From positions 11,159,360 to 11,223,359 of the forward strand of contig NC_043019.1 in assembly GCF_006345805.1 (NCBI RefSeq): a stretch of DNA of 64,000 nt, given 5' to 3'. The stretch is from Octopus sinensis. Taxonomy: Eukaryota. The notes beneath the pieces were generated by a model that worked only from the letters and a program-made list of their open reading frames with translations, searched no databases and was not told the origin of the DNA. A program made the position numbers and the translations under genes. Each line of letters begins with the position of its first letter. Positions within the stretch are counted from its first letter, which is position 1. Of this stretch, positions 62,752-64,000 are shown piece after piece.

Positions 62752-63165
62752 TATGTGTAGTAGTGGTGCGCGCACACATTATTAGCCATTTGAAAAGACT
62801 ATGGAATTTACAATTAACTGCACCAGGGTTCCTCTTCCCCAGGGAACCAGACCTAATGATATACCTGCGGATGTAGGTCCAGCCCCTGCTTTGCCAGGTC
62901 CTGTCTCTGATCACGTTGCACCTCCAAGGGCATCCATTGACGGTGATGCCCTCAATCTTAACAGACGGGTATCACCTGATGGTGAAGAGTCAGCTCCCAA
63001 CCAAACAACACCAAACAAACACCCACTCTCTTACCCTGATGTAATCTCCAGGGATACAGGCATCCAGCAACAGGACCTCCGTAATGCCATGATGGACCAT
63101 GAAGTCTGGCGTAGCATGGTAAATTCCATTGTCTCGACCACGGTCGAACAATAATAATAATAAAT
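62752..63165 (+). mobile_element. Bipartite (internally deleted) RTE derivative inserted in a P1 MITE
   Basis: The last about 140 bp match 14880-15003 and end in (TAA)n; the unique 5' part is in the same ORF (62801-63154); ataaaaat-like repeat at both flanks. Confidence 0.6.
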
Positions 63166-64000
63166 AAAAATCTCAAAGCTGCAAGGTTATGCATGATTAA
63201 TTCCAAACATTTTTGAATAAATAAGCATTACGGTTAACGGAGAAATCTGAGTGCTAACGAGTTAAAGAAGTTTTTTGATGACTGGATAGATCTTCATATT
63301 TCTACAAGTCTTTTGGTTTCCTTGTTATAGGGGAAAATTCTTTATGATTCTGTTGTGTCTGGGGAGAGTCATTTTCTTTTTGTGCCTTATAATGTAACAC
63401 ACTCACTGGTAAAATTTCCACTTATTTCTTATTTTTATTTTCCTAAAATTCTTTATGATTAATATATTGCAACGTCTCTACAACTCTTTAGCATTGTAAC
63501 TTACCATATCCAGCTCAAATATTCTAGCTGTTTTATGTCAACACTGGTCAGATCCAGCCTCTCACACCTACCCTACAAAATCATTCTGAAAATACACTAT
63601 CACAACATCAAAATCTTGTTAACTTAAAACAATGCAAATAAATAAATAAATAGTTTGATTCCGACTGAACATCCTACTCTTTCGACTTGCATATCTGAAC
63701 CTCTTCCCGAACTTTCAGCACTTCTCCTCCTCCATATACCAGCATTCCACCCAGATTACCACTGGATCTACTGACTCTACTTTCACAGATTTCACTGGAT
63801 TTTTTCATTGAATAAATAAACATTACTTTTGAGAGAGTAGTCTGAATTCTAAAGGATTAACCCTTTCGTTACTGTATTTATTTTGAGATGCTCTGTGTTT
63901 CTTTCAATTACTTTAAATATAACAAAGAATTTAGTAAAAGAACTTAGTTATCACAAAGCTAGTGTTAGGAACATTAATTGTGTCTAAGGTTTGGTGGAAG

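Noticed and set aside
56104-64000. Next RTEL1 exon (expected GSREQLC motif)
   Set aside because: I did not find it in the + strand frames I could read; it is probably beyond the window.
1-64000. Telomeric or interstitial (TTAGGG)n arrays near the RTEL1 gene
   Set aside because: None seen; the G-rich tracts are (GGT)n-type microsatellites.

Overview
This is an AT-rich, repeat-saturated animal genomic window. The SINE/RTE families and microsatellite load look cephalopod (octopus-like), which is an inference and was not checked against a database. One host gene is recognisable: the first three coding exons of the DEAH/Fe-S helicase RTEL1 on the + strand (51968-56103); its next exon lies beyond the window. 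A phase-compatible set of candidate exons on the - strand (about 49450 down to about 2240) suggests an unidentified gene head-to-head with RTEL1. The rest is mostly three tRNA-derived SINE families, RTE, Tx1/L1 and R4/Dong-type LINE fragments, two non-autonomous Helitron families, mariner, pogo and piggyBac-type remnants, Penelope-like terminal remnants and microsatellites. No CRISPR array, rRNA or intact tRNA was found, and almost all long ORFs in the supplied track are microsatellite artefacts. I found no clear new protein system. The best leads are: a 39-bp minisatellite that has amplified an exon/intron junction into 18 tandem splice-donor-like sites; three degenerate minimal hammerhead ribozyme folds; a Tx1-type LINE found three times inside (TATC)n; and a Helitron subfamily carrying a captured SINE fragment. 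All translations, alignments and coordinates were done by eye; repeat boundaries are approximate.
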